NCBI GenBank assembly: GCA_903813345.2
Contig: CAIIXF020000001.1
Location: 37,634,001-37,698,000, forward strand
From: Owenia fusiformis
Taxonomy: Eukaryota
Reading direction: 5' to 3'
Length of the DNA: 64,000 bases
Position numbers and translations under genes: made by a program. Every line of letters begins with the position of its first letter. Positions within the stretch are counted from its first letter, which is position 1. The notes below the pieces were generated by a model that did not search any database, was not told the origin of the DNA, and saw only the letters and a program-made list of their open reading frames with translations. This document shows positions 52,701 through 64,000 of this stretch, in pieces.

Positions 52701-55700
52701 CCCCCCAAAAAAAAAACTTGGTATATAAAAATAGGTAGATATACCTCTTTATTATAGCTGAACCTGATCTTCTATGTTCGTGAGGACAACAGTGTTAAAC
52801 CTGTAATAACCACAATTTCAAAAGTGAACATTAACACTGGAGAGGAAACTGTGATTGTAAGTTGATACATATGTACATATACAAGGTGTCAACTAAATAT
52901 GTTCCCCCTCCCCTTAATTTTAAATTATAAACTTTTGTGCATCAAAAGTGCATCTAGTTGAGCCAGTCATCTGAAACTTCTTGTGGAGTTGCTATATGAA
53001 GCCTAATGTTGATATGCTATAGAACAATTTAGTTACCATACAGACAGAAAAGATGTGCAGCATTAAAATAAATGGATGTTAAAGCTGAGGGGAGCACATA
53101 TTATTTGACAACCTGTTATGTATTTAATGTTTAATGCTACCATATTCATTTTTGATAATGTCTTAGTAATATATTGCGTGTTATATACTGTTGAAATTCC
53201 TTAACGATGATTCTGAAATTATTTTATATTTTATCTTTCAGTTCTTATTTAAAATCTTATATTAAAATTCTAAATAGGTAAAATTAATCTTCAGATCAGT
53301 GGTTCAGACTTCTACAGTTCTCCCCGAGTTTCGCATGATGGAAAGAAGCTCGCCTGGGTCCAATGGAATTTCCCTAACATGGTATTAAAGATTACTTTTT
53401 ATATGTTCTACAACTTTTTGGGAGTTCAACTTTATTCTAACTGCACATCTGTTAATAGAAGGGTTCATGATGATTTATCGATCATAGTAATTTCACTGTT
53501 CTACACTAAACGCTCAAAGTTATCGGCGATATAAAGTCAGCACGCATCCGTTTTCGCAAAAACTGATTTCAGTTTCAGAGCACTTTTCGGGTAAGTGGTA
53601 CGAATTGCAAATGACACCCCAAATGACACCCCAAGTGTTTATCAGTTTGCCGCGGAATACGATTTTGTCAATAAAAATAGCCATGGCTTCAAATATGGGT
53701 TATTCACTCCTAAACTGAGCCAGCAATCGCATATTTTGAGGTTTTCTTTATCAATTTTTCGAATGGTAAACTTGTAGTATGTATTTCAATCAATTTCCTG
53801 TATTTGTAATGAATAATATTGCAGTGTTTTTCCACTAGAATTATTTTTTAAGAAGTTCAATTGATTAATTTTTTTATTTGGTATCACGGCACATCAAAAT
53901 GATGGTCAGATGACCTCAGAAAGTCCGCGAAAATAAGAACATTCAGAAGTTGACAGTTTCGTTCTCATAACTCGTGTTCTGAGGAAATATCACTAGTTTT
54001 AATTTGTACTTAAAATAACAAAATAGTAGTTGTATGTGCAAAGTACATCTTATTAGAGATTCTAACTGTCGTTTTATTACAACTTAGATAATATATTCAT
54101 GTGTATATATTGTGAATAGGGCCAATTGATCAGATCATTGTATTTCAGCCTTGGGACAACAGCACTCTTTGTTTGGCGAACCTTACTGTAGATGGCAGTG
54201 TTGTAGAGGGTTCGATTGTAAAAGTAAGCAGATATTTATTTTTCAAAAACCTGAATTTGCAATTTCTGCTTCTAGAATCTCATTAAATAAATCAAAAATG
54301 CATCTAAAGTATTAATGTATTTTCCATGCGTACAATGTACGTAGTGATTTAATTGCTTGTTTTCTAGGTTGACACAGACGAATCTTTTATCTTACAGCTA
54401 AGTGTGTTTTGATGTCATGCATTCTATAGTTTGCACTGTTATGTCATAATAAAAATAGAATATGAGGTCGCAGAACATGGTGTACTACTTTCTTGATCAC
54501 GTGGGCACTATGGGCCATTTTTGAGCCAAAAGTATCAAAAGTGGGTTATTTAAACTTTAAAATATGTTGGGATAAACAAGGAGAGATACACTCCCCTCCA
54601 TAAGTTTGGCAACCTTTTTCCCCCATTGAACTACGTGTTAAAGCCTCTTTACCTTTGAATTTTTATTTACTTAACCTGCGATGAAAATACTTATACTATT
54701 GATGGAAACGTAATTTGACTTTAATTCCAATACCTCCAAATTTTCTCAATTTTTTTCCTCAATTACAATAAGTCGAAAATTGATGATGAATTTGATGAAT
54801 TTTTGAAAATCGACATTCCCATGTTAACCAATGGGAAATGGTAGGTTTGCCGCAAGTCATATGACAGAATATCCATCCATCCGAGTCCTTGCAAAAAATA
54901 CGAGTTAGGCAGGTAATTGAATTTGCGAACTTTATTTAACAAAAAATTGATATGTTTCTTCAGGTTCAACAAAGTTATAGGGCTTTAAAGTCAAAATTGT
55001 TTTTCAAAAAAACTCTCCCATTGAAATAACACAGGAGGCGAAAAATAATTTTCAAAAATGACTTTGTAGCGCTGTAACTTTAATATTCATCAAATAAACT
55101 AAACACTTAGTGTTCAAAAAAGTTAGACAATTCAATTTTCTATATGAAAATATTTTTTGCTGAATCTTTTACTGAAAAGATATCCTGATTTCTGATTTGC
55201 CCTGAACCCTCCATTTCCCATTGGATTACATGAGAATGACGATTTTCAAAAATTCATCAAATTTATCATCAATTTTCGACCTATTGTAATTGAGGAAAAA
55301 AATTAAGAAAATTTGGAGGTATTGGAAATAAAGTCAAGTTACGTTTCCATCAATATCATAAGTTATTTCATCGCCGGTTAAGTAAATAAAAATTCAAACG
55401 TAAAGAGGCTTTAACACGTAGTTCAATGGAGAAAAAAGGTTGCCAAACTTATGGAGGGGAGTGTATATTGAAAGAGATTCACTTAGCATTTAGTTAAACA
55501 CAATGCCCATAATTATACCATTGGTCTAATTGGAAAAATAATTGATTAACAGACATGACTGATATTGGGTGGTTGAGGCAAAATATGAACAATATTCATA
55601 AGTAACAATTTTTAGAACTAACGGTGCAGAACTTTTGGATTTGAATAACGAATAAATACTATTAATTGATATGGTCATCCGAAATTAGTATGAGACATAT

Positions 55701-58700
55701 TTGCCGTACCTGTAACTGCACCATATGTAATTTCTCCGTTTAGCATTTGTCACCATAATAATTATTTTGAAAGACGCCATGTTCTGAGCCGGTGTAAAAA
55801 TATGATATTATGCGGAATGAAACTTAACTCCAAGAATTGATGCTAATATTTTCTTTAATCCAATAATGCAATTCTACTCAAGGTATAAGATACAACTTGT
55901 AATGGTACAATACCGTCATTTCGAAGGGCAATACTGCCCGCAGTTACCACCGTTAATGACCAGGGCTGAAATAGCAAGAAAATCTTTCGGACTGAACGAT
56001 CACACCAAACTAGTTCTCACTACGTTCTCGAAAACGGGCTTCAACTGTGTACGAACGGACTCACTGGACCTACTAAGAACCGTTTGGGATCTATTTACAA
56101 ACCTCATCGAACGTACTCGAACGGGTAGGTCCTCTAGAACTTAGATAGTGCTCAAAATGTTCTCGTGGTCGTCACGTTCTAAAATTAGAACGAGTGACAA
56201 CGTACTAACGCCGAGCTGGACGTACTACGAACGGGACCGTCGTACTTCAATCCTACTAGGGACGTTTTAACAACGAGTTGAACTGTCTGAGGACGTGTTG
56301 AGAACGAGGTAGAACTAAATGCAAACGGGTTTAAACTGATTAAGAACGTATTTAACACTGCTTATGAACGAGTTAGCAAAAATATAGCTATCACACCAAA
56401 CAAGTTGCCTTTGCGTTCTTCAAAACTGGTTTTAAACTGTGTGCGAACGGAATGAACGTAGCTGCAACTTTCTAAGGTCTATTTACGAACTTTATGAACG
56501 TTCTCAGACGGGAATGTGATTTTAGAATTTTGAATCGATTCAAAATTCTATTGCGACCATACCGTTCTGTTATCAGGTCATGATGACCTTCTAGACTAAG
56601 GGACGCGTTCTACGACGTTGCACACCGACGTGGTGCGACGTGAACGAACTGCGAACGAGATGGACGTATTGAAGACTGTTTAAGAACGAAGAAGCTAATT
56701 ATTTCAGACCGACAGATTGAGCCCGTTTTACGACGTTTTCGTAGGACTGGCAAGAACGGGTAAGAACTAGTTTGGTGTGATAGGGGGGTAATTTCCCGGG
56801 GAAAATTGCCGGTCGTTAATAGACTAGATGCGAATAGAAATAATCTTGATTTACGTCATTAAATATTCAAAATTCAGTCAAATTTAAAATCTACATATTT
56901 GAAATCTACAGGTAAAAGTACATCTAGAAAAATGGTTTCGAAAATTGTTTATGAACTTTAATTTATCAATTTATTTTTTTTTGAAAATGTGACTTCTAGC
57001 TCGGGTTGATTCCTCATAGACCCCATGTTACAAAATCACAAAAAGTGAAATATCTTTTCTCGTATTGGCCAGATAACATTTTCTTTTACTGGATTTTATA
57101 ATTTTTTTATTTCAAAGAATAAGCATGTCAAAGCAATTGCAAAAAACAATTACGGTACAGTTACATGATAAACATACTTTGCATACTATTAGATACATAC
57201 GGGTAATATAAAAATTTAACCACTAAAACAGATGTAATTTACGTTAAAGGGAACTTTCTACTATACCCACTGCACCATGTTATCTGACCCGAACGAGCCA
57301 CCTGGTGGCGAAACTGGTAACTACCCACTCGCATCTGCGTTATTGCATTATTGACCTGCAATGTGGACAACCAATATGACGTCACGTATTACTCAGGTCG
57401 ATATAGTAAAATGAATGCCTTCTAAAATAGCACTAAAACCCTTAGAACTGGCAAGGTGGTAATAATGCCGGTGTGAAAGAAATTATGGTCCCCCGGGGAT
57501 TATGGTCCCCCTTTTAAAGGCCCTTTCTGGCCCTGATTGTGTATAAGATAATAAGGGAGAGAGCACAAAGAGGTCACCATATAAATCAATGGAGAGTAGG
57601 ACCATAAATTAATAGGACCTCCTACCCTTTTACACCGGTTATTCCATTCTCTATGTTGTGTTATATTATTTACCAATGCTTATAATTCATGAGACAAGTT
57701 ATTATCCATCCATTGTCATATTTTTTAAACTTTCAAGCATTCAATAATTTTTAATATACTGATTTTAAATGTGGTCGATCATACACCCATATAGGTGTCA
57801 TGGGCACAATTTTGTATAAATATAGTATTATTTTATTGAAATAAATAAAGTACAATAATACAACATGTTTTTTTAAATAAGGTTTCAACCGGAGGAGCTG
57901 AAAGTGTCATGGAACCAAAGTGGAGTCCTAAAAATGAACTTTATTATATCTCGGACAAGACTAATTGGTGGAACCTGTATCGGGTTCTTGAAGATGGAAC
58001 TTCAAAAATAGTTATAGAAAGGGATGAAGAAATAGGCCTTCCGCCATGGCAAATGCATTTGGATTATTACAATTTCTACGACCGAAAAATCATCACAACC
58101 TTTAACAGGGTACAATAAGAATTTTACTTCACAATTACAATATGAATCATTCATAGGTCGTCTCATAAATGAAGATTTTCATGTTTTTGAAATTTATAAA
58201 TTCATTCTCATTAAAAATCAGATTCACTAAATAATATACTACCAAAGAGTATTGTTGTTTTGGTTTCTTGAATACTTGATAGAGTTATTGTGTTTTATAA
58301 ATGATGCGATTGTTCATTTTAGTACCTACAGCTGATAGACATGGACACCGGGGTTGTACAAAAGATACATACAGGGTATCGCAGTCATTTCAGAATACAG
58401 ACTTCCTCCTTGGGTGACATTTATGTAAGAGCTGAACACCAAACTCAACCAGAAGCACTCCTCAGGATCAATATTATCACGTTGCAGGTAAGTAGGACAG
58501 ATTATAAACAAAAGCAAGGCTGGTATTTTTCTGTCACTAAACTTTTGGTTTTGCTATTCGTTTAAAGAAGCAAAGGAAGGACATAGTGAACATAGGTATG
58601 CACGTTTCCCTGAAAATAGAGATTTAAATCCTCGATTATGAATATTTTGAGACACTATGAACATGTAATGGTGTAAATGACCCGTATGATGCCGTGGTCA

Positions 58701-60943
58701 CATTTGCTCAGATTTTTACTACGGCGCCCGGCCGATTGGGTATTTGTTTAAAAAATGTATTCAATTTTGAACAAAATACTCATCCGCCGGGCGCCGGTGC
58801 TATTAATCGAAACAAATATGACCACGGCATTAGTGATAAGTGATAAGCAATTTTTCAAAAATGTCTCTATTTACATGGACCTAACTAGACGTACAGTATT
58901 GTTGTCATTTTTTAAAATGGTGATTCTTAAGGTTGAGATTGTAAAAGAAACACAGGAGTTGGAGCTTAGTGCGGGCTACATCAGTACACCACGCGAGATC
59001 CAATTCCCAACTGGACAAGACAATGATGAAGTAGCTTATGGATATTATTATCCACCAACGGTAAGTGTCTCATGTGTAACCTCTTAAGCACTTTAGTACT
59101 AGTTACTTTGACGAAACGTCGATGTAACAAAATGGATGAACTTCCTGGTTACGAGTTATTTGTTTTCTCGATTTAAACCTACTAATAAGTCAACTTGCAG
59201 ATTATAATTTGGCACAAAGCTAGAAAATATAGTCTAGTTTTAATATGATCTTCGATTTGGAATTTGTTCCGTAAATGAAGTTGCAATTCATATATTTAGC
59301 CCCTCGCTTTTGTTACATTGACGGAAGTCCGTTATATTACAAATGTATGTTACTTCGACGAGTTACGTCAATGTAACAAAAGGGATGGTCTAAATGCATA
59401 AATTACAGCTTTATTTAAAAATCAAATGCCAAACCGAGAGCATTTTTAAAAGCTAGACTATAACTGTTTAGTTTAACTTTGTGCCAAATGATAATCCGAA
59501 ACATGACTTAAATACGTATAAGTTTAAATCGAGAATACAAAGACTCGTATCCAGGAAGTTCATCCATTTTGTTACATTGACGTTCCGTCAAAGTTATTAG
59601 TTGTCGAATAGTGATTGGGGAAGGAACACACAAAAAGAGGTACTGAGGTAACACTGTCAAAATAAACCAGATCATTTAAATGCCGATTTTGGATATTCAT
59701 GGTTCACGTGTGTACACAGTACAGCCAACCAATCTTAACTCAATTTACTTCAGACCTATGCTGTATAGTCAGAGATTCATAATTGTTAAAGTTATCAAAA
59801 CATGATAATTTTCTTCAGAATGAAGACTATGCTGGTCCAAAAAACTCTACACCTCCTTTGGTAATTCGAATTCACGGAGGACCAACACAAGCTACTCGCG
59901 ATACGTTCTTGATGCTGTTCCAGTTTTGGACCAGTCGTGGCTGGGGCATATTGGATGTAAACTACAGGGGAAGCACGGGATATGGCAGGGAATATAGGCA
60001 GAAGCTTTACAATAAGTAAAAAATTATAAATTAAACTTCTAGGGATAATTCACAATTGATAAACGGTAGGCTAAGTAGCTAAATAATCAAATCGGTGAAA
60101 AATGAAAATAATAACAAAAAATAGTTAGTATAGATGAGTTAGATAGGTTTAGATACTGTTAAGTGAATATTAAAAAGTACCGAGGTTCAAAACTTACTAA
60201 GTCGCAAGGGGTAAGGTCATTTGGACCCCCTTTGCGATCTTTTATTACTTGTCTGATTTATTGTTGGTGTTGCTGTAAACCGTATTCAATTCAAGTTTTT
60301 CTAAAAGTAGGTCCCCGGGTTATTAAAATCATAATCCAACCCACCAAAATCCTACCTTATCACATTTTTGAAATCATCGGACTAATTTTTCTAAAAAGTA
60401 GATCTTGTTTTTACATTTTGAAATAAATGTGTCTAGGTCAGAAGCAATGGTTTTTCGGATAGTTGAATTTATGTAAACTATTACCATCCTGAAAACAATA
60501 TTTCAAAGACCTAAGAAAACATATAATTCAAATGACAAATGCTGTATTTATGGTCGCAATAAAGACATGATTAAATGTCTGTCATGTTACTTATTATAAT
60601 AGTTTACCATACCATAACATATCATCTCGATTTAGATTTCTCTAACCCATGCATAGACTGCATTGGAAAATTGAAGATTTTCTGTACCCATTAACGGAAA
60701 AGCTGTGCTTCGAAAACAGACTACATTAACATTCAACGTTGTTTCGCTTCAACTCATATTTTGTACGATTGCTCTTCTATTAAAGATGGGGCATTATTGA
60801 TGTCGAAGATGCGGTCAATGGTGCACTACATATGGTTAAAGAAGGGCATGCAGATATAGACAGACTGGTTATATCTGGTGGTTCTGCAGGGGGATTGGTT
60901 GTCTTGTGTGCACTCACATTTAGGCCTGGAGTTTTTAGAGCAG
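40645..60943 (+). CDS. S9-family serine peptidase, paralogue 2, with N-terminal TM anchor and EGF domain; spliced, continues beyond window; one exon interrupted by a transposon
   Basis: Exons: 40645-40756 (TM), 41242-41355 (EGF), probable micro-exon 48988-49005, split exon 50090-50156 + 51785-51813 ([11 protein letters not shown]...EVVYDPAIP), 52100-52386 (IYWSEQR...YGGG), 52758-52856, 53295-53381, 54149-54223, 57882-58109, 58323-58487, 58932-59060, 59819-60015 (HGGPT...RGSTGYG), 60786-60943 (GGSAGG, Ser 60883-60885). Phases are compatible throughout. Linking the TM/EGF exons to the peptidase is inferred from phase and from the lack of another start. Confidence 0.85.
41242..41355 (+). CDS. 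EGF-like domain exon (phase 1-1)
   Basis: [38 protein letters not shown] has six Cys with the EGF CxCxxGYxGxxC end; acceptor TGTAG, donor GTAAGT. Confidence 0.88.
42319..48557 (+). mobile_element. Stack of Helentron/HINE-like non-autonomous elements with TGACCTT-rich satellite cores
   Basis: Repeated head AACTAGACTTTTGAAGATTGCAAGCAATCTCACGGAGGCCCT (42319, 46582); ~120-bp tandem units at 43950-44900; GGAC and AAT/AAG microsatellites followed by 3' stem-loops (45020, 45150, 48456, 48528). Contains the N gap. Confidence 0.7.
45059..45081. other. Assembly gap
   Basis: 23 Ns. Confidence 1.
50157..51781 (-). mobile_element. PIF/Harbinger-type non-autonomous element with Myb/SANT(MADF)-like ORF remnant, inserted in a coding exon
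   Basis: TIR TGCCTAGGTCACATAG / CTATGTGACCAAGGCA, GC-rich subterminal repeats, TAA/TTA flanks; minus-strand [34 protein letters not shown] resembles the Harbinger DNA-binding protein. Confidence 0.85.
54589..55463. mobile_element. TA-flanked Tc1/mariner-type MITE, copy 2
   Basis: Same family as 35242-36062, inverted. Confidence 0.85.
55999..56788. mobile_element. PIF/Harbinger-like MITE, copy 2 (left tip clipped)
   Basis: Near-identical to 10512-11319. Confidence 0.8.
58690..58829. mobile_element. Minimal Harbinger-type MITE related to the 50157 element
   Basis: TGCCGTGGTCACATTTG / CAAATATGACCACGGCA; shares GGCGCCCGGCCGA and ATACTCATC motifs. Confidence 0.7.
59099..59600. mobile_element. 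Palindromic MITE
   Basis: ACTTTGACGAAACGTCGATGTAACAAAATGGATGAACTTCCTGG and its reverse complement; arms about 230 bp. Confidence 0.8.
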
Positions 60944-61810
60944 GTAATCATAGAAATTGGTGGCAACGTAAAAATCTATTTTTCTTTGTAGTTTTACACG
61001 ATGAAAATTAAATGATGTTCCGTACTATTTCTCTAGTTTGTTATCATGTATTCCCTGTGTATACTATAACGTGCATATAAACTAATATAAGCCTAATAAC
61101 GCAGATGCGAGTAGGTAGTTAAACCAGTAGTTGTCAAAAGGAGAGAACTGACCCACCCCTATTACATAACCCTTTGTTTTACTGTATAGTTCTATGAGGC
61201 GGTACCTTCTCATCCTATAGAGGTCTATGGGGTGGTGCCTGTATAGCCTATATAACGCTATGGGGTGGTGCTCGCCTGTACAAATCAATGGGGTGGTGCC
61301 AGCCTGTATAACTCTATGGGGTGGTGCTCGCCTGTACAAACCAATGGGGTGGTGCCAGTCATGCAACAAAACCCTTAAACTTTATAAAAAACCAAAGAAA
61401 CATAATGAGACCCATGCCAGGCTCGAACTCGCAACCTTCCACTCAACAGCCGGACGCTTTTCATTCTTTGCTTATTCCAACATTCTAAGACCTTATATAG
61501 ACTATGTGATATAAGAACACTTAATTTTGGTCAAACAAATGTTTTACCCTTGCAAAAAAAATTCAATTTTATTTTTTTCATTTTCACTTATTTCAACATT
61601 CTAAGACCATATACAGGCTATATAATATGCGATCACTTTGTTTATGGCAAACAATTTTTTTACCCTTGCAAAAGTTTTCAATTTTATTTTTCATTGTTCA
61701 CCTATTTCATCATTCTGGGACCATATTCAGACTATGTGATATCGGAACACTTCATTTTTGTCAAACAAATTATTTTACCCTTACAAAAAATTATTCATAT
61801 CAAAACTTTC

Positions 61811-62025
61811 AGGGAGGAGGAAGGAGGAGGTAGGGAGGAGGTAGGGAGGAGGTGGGAGGAGGTAGGGACGAGGTGGGGAGGAGTTGAGAGGAGCAAGGGA
61901 GGATGTAGGGGGGGGAAGCAGGGAGGAGTTGGGAGGAGGTAGGGAGGAGGTGGGAGGAGGCAGGGAGGAGGTAGGGAGGAGTCGGGAGGAGGTAGAGAGG
62001 AGTTCGGAGGAGGTAGGGAGGGGGT
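61811..62025 (+). repeat. Purine-rich GGGAGGAGG(T/C)A low-complexity tract
   Basis: Repeated GGGAGGAGGT(A) units. Confidence 0.9.
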
Positions 62026-62800
62026 GATTCTCGAAGATCGTGGCGTGCATTTGTTTATACCGGTGTCACGCAATGTTTATACGGGTGCCACACATATGTG
62101 TGTACGAGTGCCACACATATGTTAAGTCAATTGCACAACTCGTGAACATTTTTACAAGGGCAAAACATGTGTTTGACATTAACGAAGTGCTCTGATATCA
62201 TTTAGTCTGTATACGGTGCTAGAATGATGAAATAAGTAAGAAAGAAAAAAAGAATCTTTGTTAGGGTAATATATTTAATTGACAAAAATGTAGCGTTCTC
62301 ATATCACATAGTCAGTAAATGGTCTTAGAATCTTGAAATAGGTGAAAAATGAAAAGAAAATTGAAATTTTTTGTAAGGGTAAAATAATTTGTTTGACAAA
62401 AATGAAGTGTTCCGATATCACATAGTCTGAATATGGTCCCAGAATGATGAAATAAGTGAACAATGAAATATAAAATTGAAAACTTTTGCAAGGGTAAAAA
62501 AATTGTTTGCCATAAACAAAGTGATCTCATATTATATAGCCTGTATATGGTCGTAGAATGTTGAAATAAGTGAAAAATGAAAAAATAAAATTGAATTTTT
62601 TTGCAAGGGTAAAACATTTGTTTGACCAAAATTAAGTGTTCTTATATCACATAGTCTATATAAGGTCTTAGAATGTTGGAATAAGCAAAGAATGAAAAAA
62701 AAATGTTTGACATAAATGAAGTGTTCTGACCCCAGGGTTCTGACATCTCATAGTCTGATATCTCAAAGTCTGTCTTAGAATGATGAAATAAGTGATAGCG

Positions 62801-62944
62801 AAACGTTTTATAAGGCAGGGCCTCCCAGGGTACTTCAAAGTTACCAATCGGGAGCTTCAAAGGGTACAAGCGAATGAAGATGATATTTGGAAAGTAGAAA
62901 AAATCTTGAAAACACGAACAAGACGAGGCGGGAAAGTACGTTAA
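62801..62944 (+). pseudogene. Maverick-type integrase C-terminal fragment
   Basis: KRFIRQGLPGYFKVTNRELQRVQANEDDIWKVEKILKTRTRRGGKVR* resembles the ELQxV...VEKILKxR segment leading into the chromodomain of Maverick integrases. Confidence 0.7.
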
Positions 62945-63397
62945 TGTGAATAGTTCTACCTGAGACTATCATAAAAGTATTCCCCGGGCAGTTAACATAC
63001 GCCGTATCCGTATAGGTGATTTAGACTAAACAATATTGTCATAAATCAAACTTAAAGCAGTGACATTTATGACGCGTACTGGTTTATCGATGTATTGTTT
63101 TTGGCGGGAATTCGAATAGGATGACTCTCCACAAAATTAACGTACAGTCGTGGGGTAGAGCGTCCGTTACCCCTAGGGCCCGAGATCCCCGAAAAAATGT
63201 ACACGCCACCACGCCGAGGGGGAGGGGTGGGGTCCCCGTATGTGCCTCCCGAGCTCAGGGAGGCTCACAGATGTCCCTCCCCATTGGAGCCCATGTTAGG
63301 GAGGGTAATATGAAAAATCGTGTCCCTCCCCATAGGACTCCATGTTATAGGTGTGCCAGAACTATTACTACTACAATTTACACAGACATTGTCAGTT

Positions 63398-63469
63398 GGT
63401 AGCAGTGGCCTAATGGATGACGCGTCCGGCTGTTGAGTGGAAGGTTGCGAGTTCGAGCCTGGCATGGGT
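63398..63469 (+). ncRNA. tRNA-Asn-derived pseudo-tRNA / Pol III cassette in the Maverick right TIR (partial mirror copy at 61410-61457, minus strand)
   Basis: A box TGGCCTAATGG, GCGTCCGGCTGTTGAGTGGAAGGTTG (Asn-like arm with GTT anticodon), B box GTTCGAGCC; acceptor stem does not pair. Confidence 0.65.
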
Positions 63470-63854
63470 CTCATTATGTTTCTCTGGGTTTTTATAAAGT
63501 TAAGGGTTTTGTTGCATGACTGGCACCACCCCATTGGTTTGTACAGGCGAGCACCACCCCATAGAGTTATACAGGCTGGCACCACCCCATTGATTTGTAC
63601 AGGCGAGCACCACCCCATAGCGTTATATAGGCTATACAGGCACCACCCCATAGACCTATATAGGATGAGAAGGTACCGCATAGAACTATACAGTAAAACA
63701 AAGGGTTATGTAATAGGGGTGGGTCAGTTCTCTCCTTTTGACAACTACTGTTACCAGTTTCTTCACCATCAGGTGGCTCGTTCGGGTTAGATAGCATGGC
63801 GAGTATAGTTGAAAGTTCCCTTTAACTTAAATTGCATCTGTTTAATTCGTGGTT

Positions 63855-63965
63855 CAATTTTCAATTCAATTCAATTTCAATTCAATTCACTTTATTTCAA
63901 ATGTTTCAAATACAGTGTTTTACATTGACATGAAAAGACACCCCGAGGGGTGTATAAGTTCCATG
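63855..63965 (-). mobile_element. Probable LINE 3' end on the minus strand
   Basis: (TTCAA)n followed by CACTTTATT, i.e. AATAAA plus a (TTGAA)n tail on the minus strand. Confidence 0.45.
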
Positions 63966-64000
63966 TTTAACATACAATATAGCATTTATTAAATTAACAG

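Larger units (their letters stand above)
61126..63749. mobile_element. Non-autonomous mini Maverick/Polinton
   Basis: 5'-AGTAGT / ACTACT-3' ends, ~330-bp near-identical TIRs, 6-bp target GTTACC (left copy reads GTTAAACC), internal integrase C-terminal/chromodomain-start fragment. Confidence 0.8.

Noticed and set aside
2438..60943. Bacterial contamination or recent horizontal transfer, given the bacterial-like peptidase
   Set aside because: Both genes have many spliceosomal introns at shared positions and are embedded in animal-type transposons.
63398..63469. Functional tRNA-Asn gene
   Set aside because: The acceptor stem does not pair and the anticodon and T stems have mismatches; kept only as a tRNA-derived cassette.

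Overview
AT-rich, intron-rich animal genomic DNA; the repeat types suggest a marine invertebrate such as a lophotrochozoan, but that is inference. The window holds two tandem + strand paralogues of an S9 (prolyl oligopeptidase clan) serine peptidase of the bacterial-like YGxWxSPI...GGSAGG...HKFESxY...IDNL subfamily. Gene 1 (2438-16191) lacks its 5' exons here but has an intact Ser/Asp/His triad and a stop codon. Gene 2 (40645 to beyond the window end) apparently begins with a type II membrane anchor exon and an EGF exon, and one of its coding exons is split by a 1.6-kb PIF/Harbinger-type element. Introns and the intergenic region are packed with nested MITE/foldback elements, Helentron-like satellite arrays and LINE remnants. 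A 2.6-kb mini Maverick/Polinton (61126-63749) keeps an integrase-chromodomain fragment and a tRNA-Asn-like Pol III cassette in its inverted repeats. There is one assembly gap (23 Ns, 45059-45081). All calls come from manual reading and translation; no searches were run.
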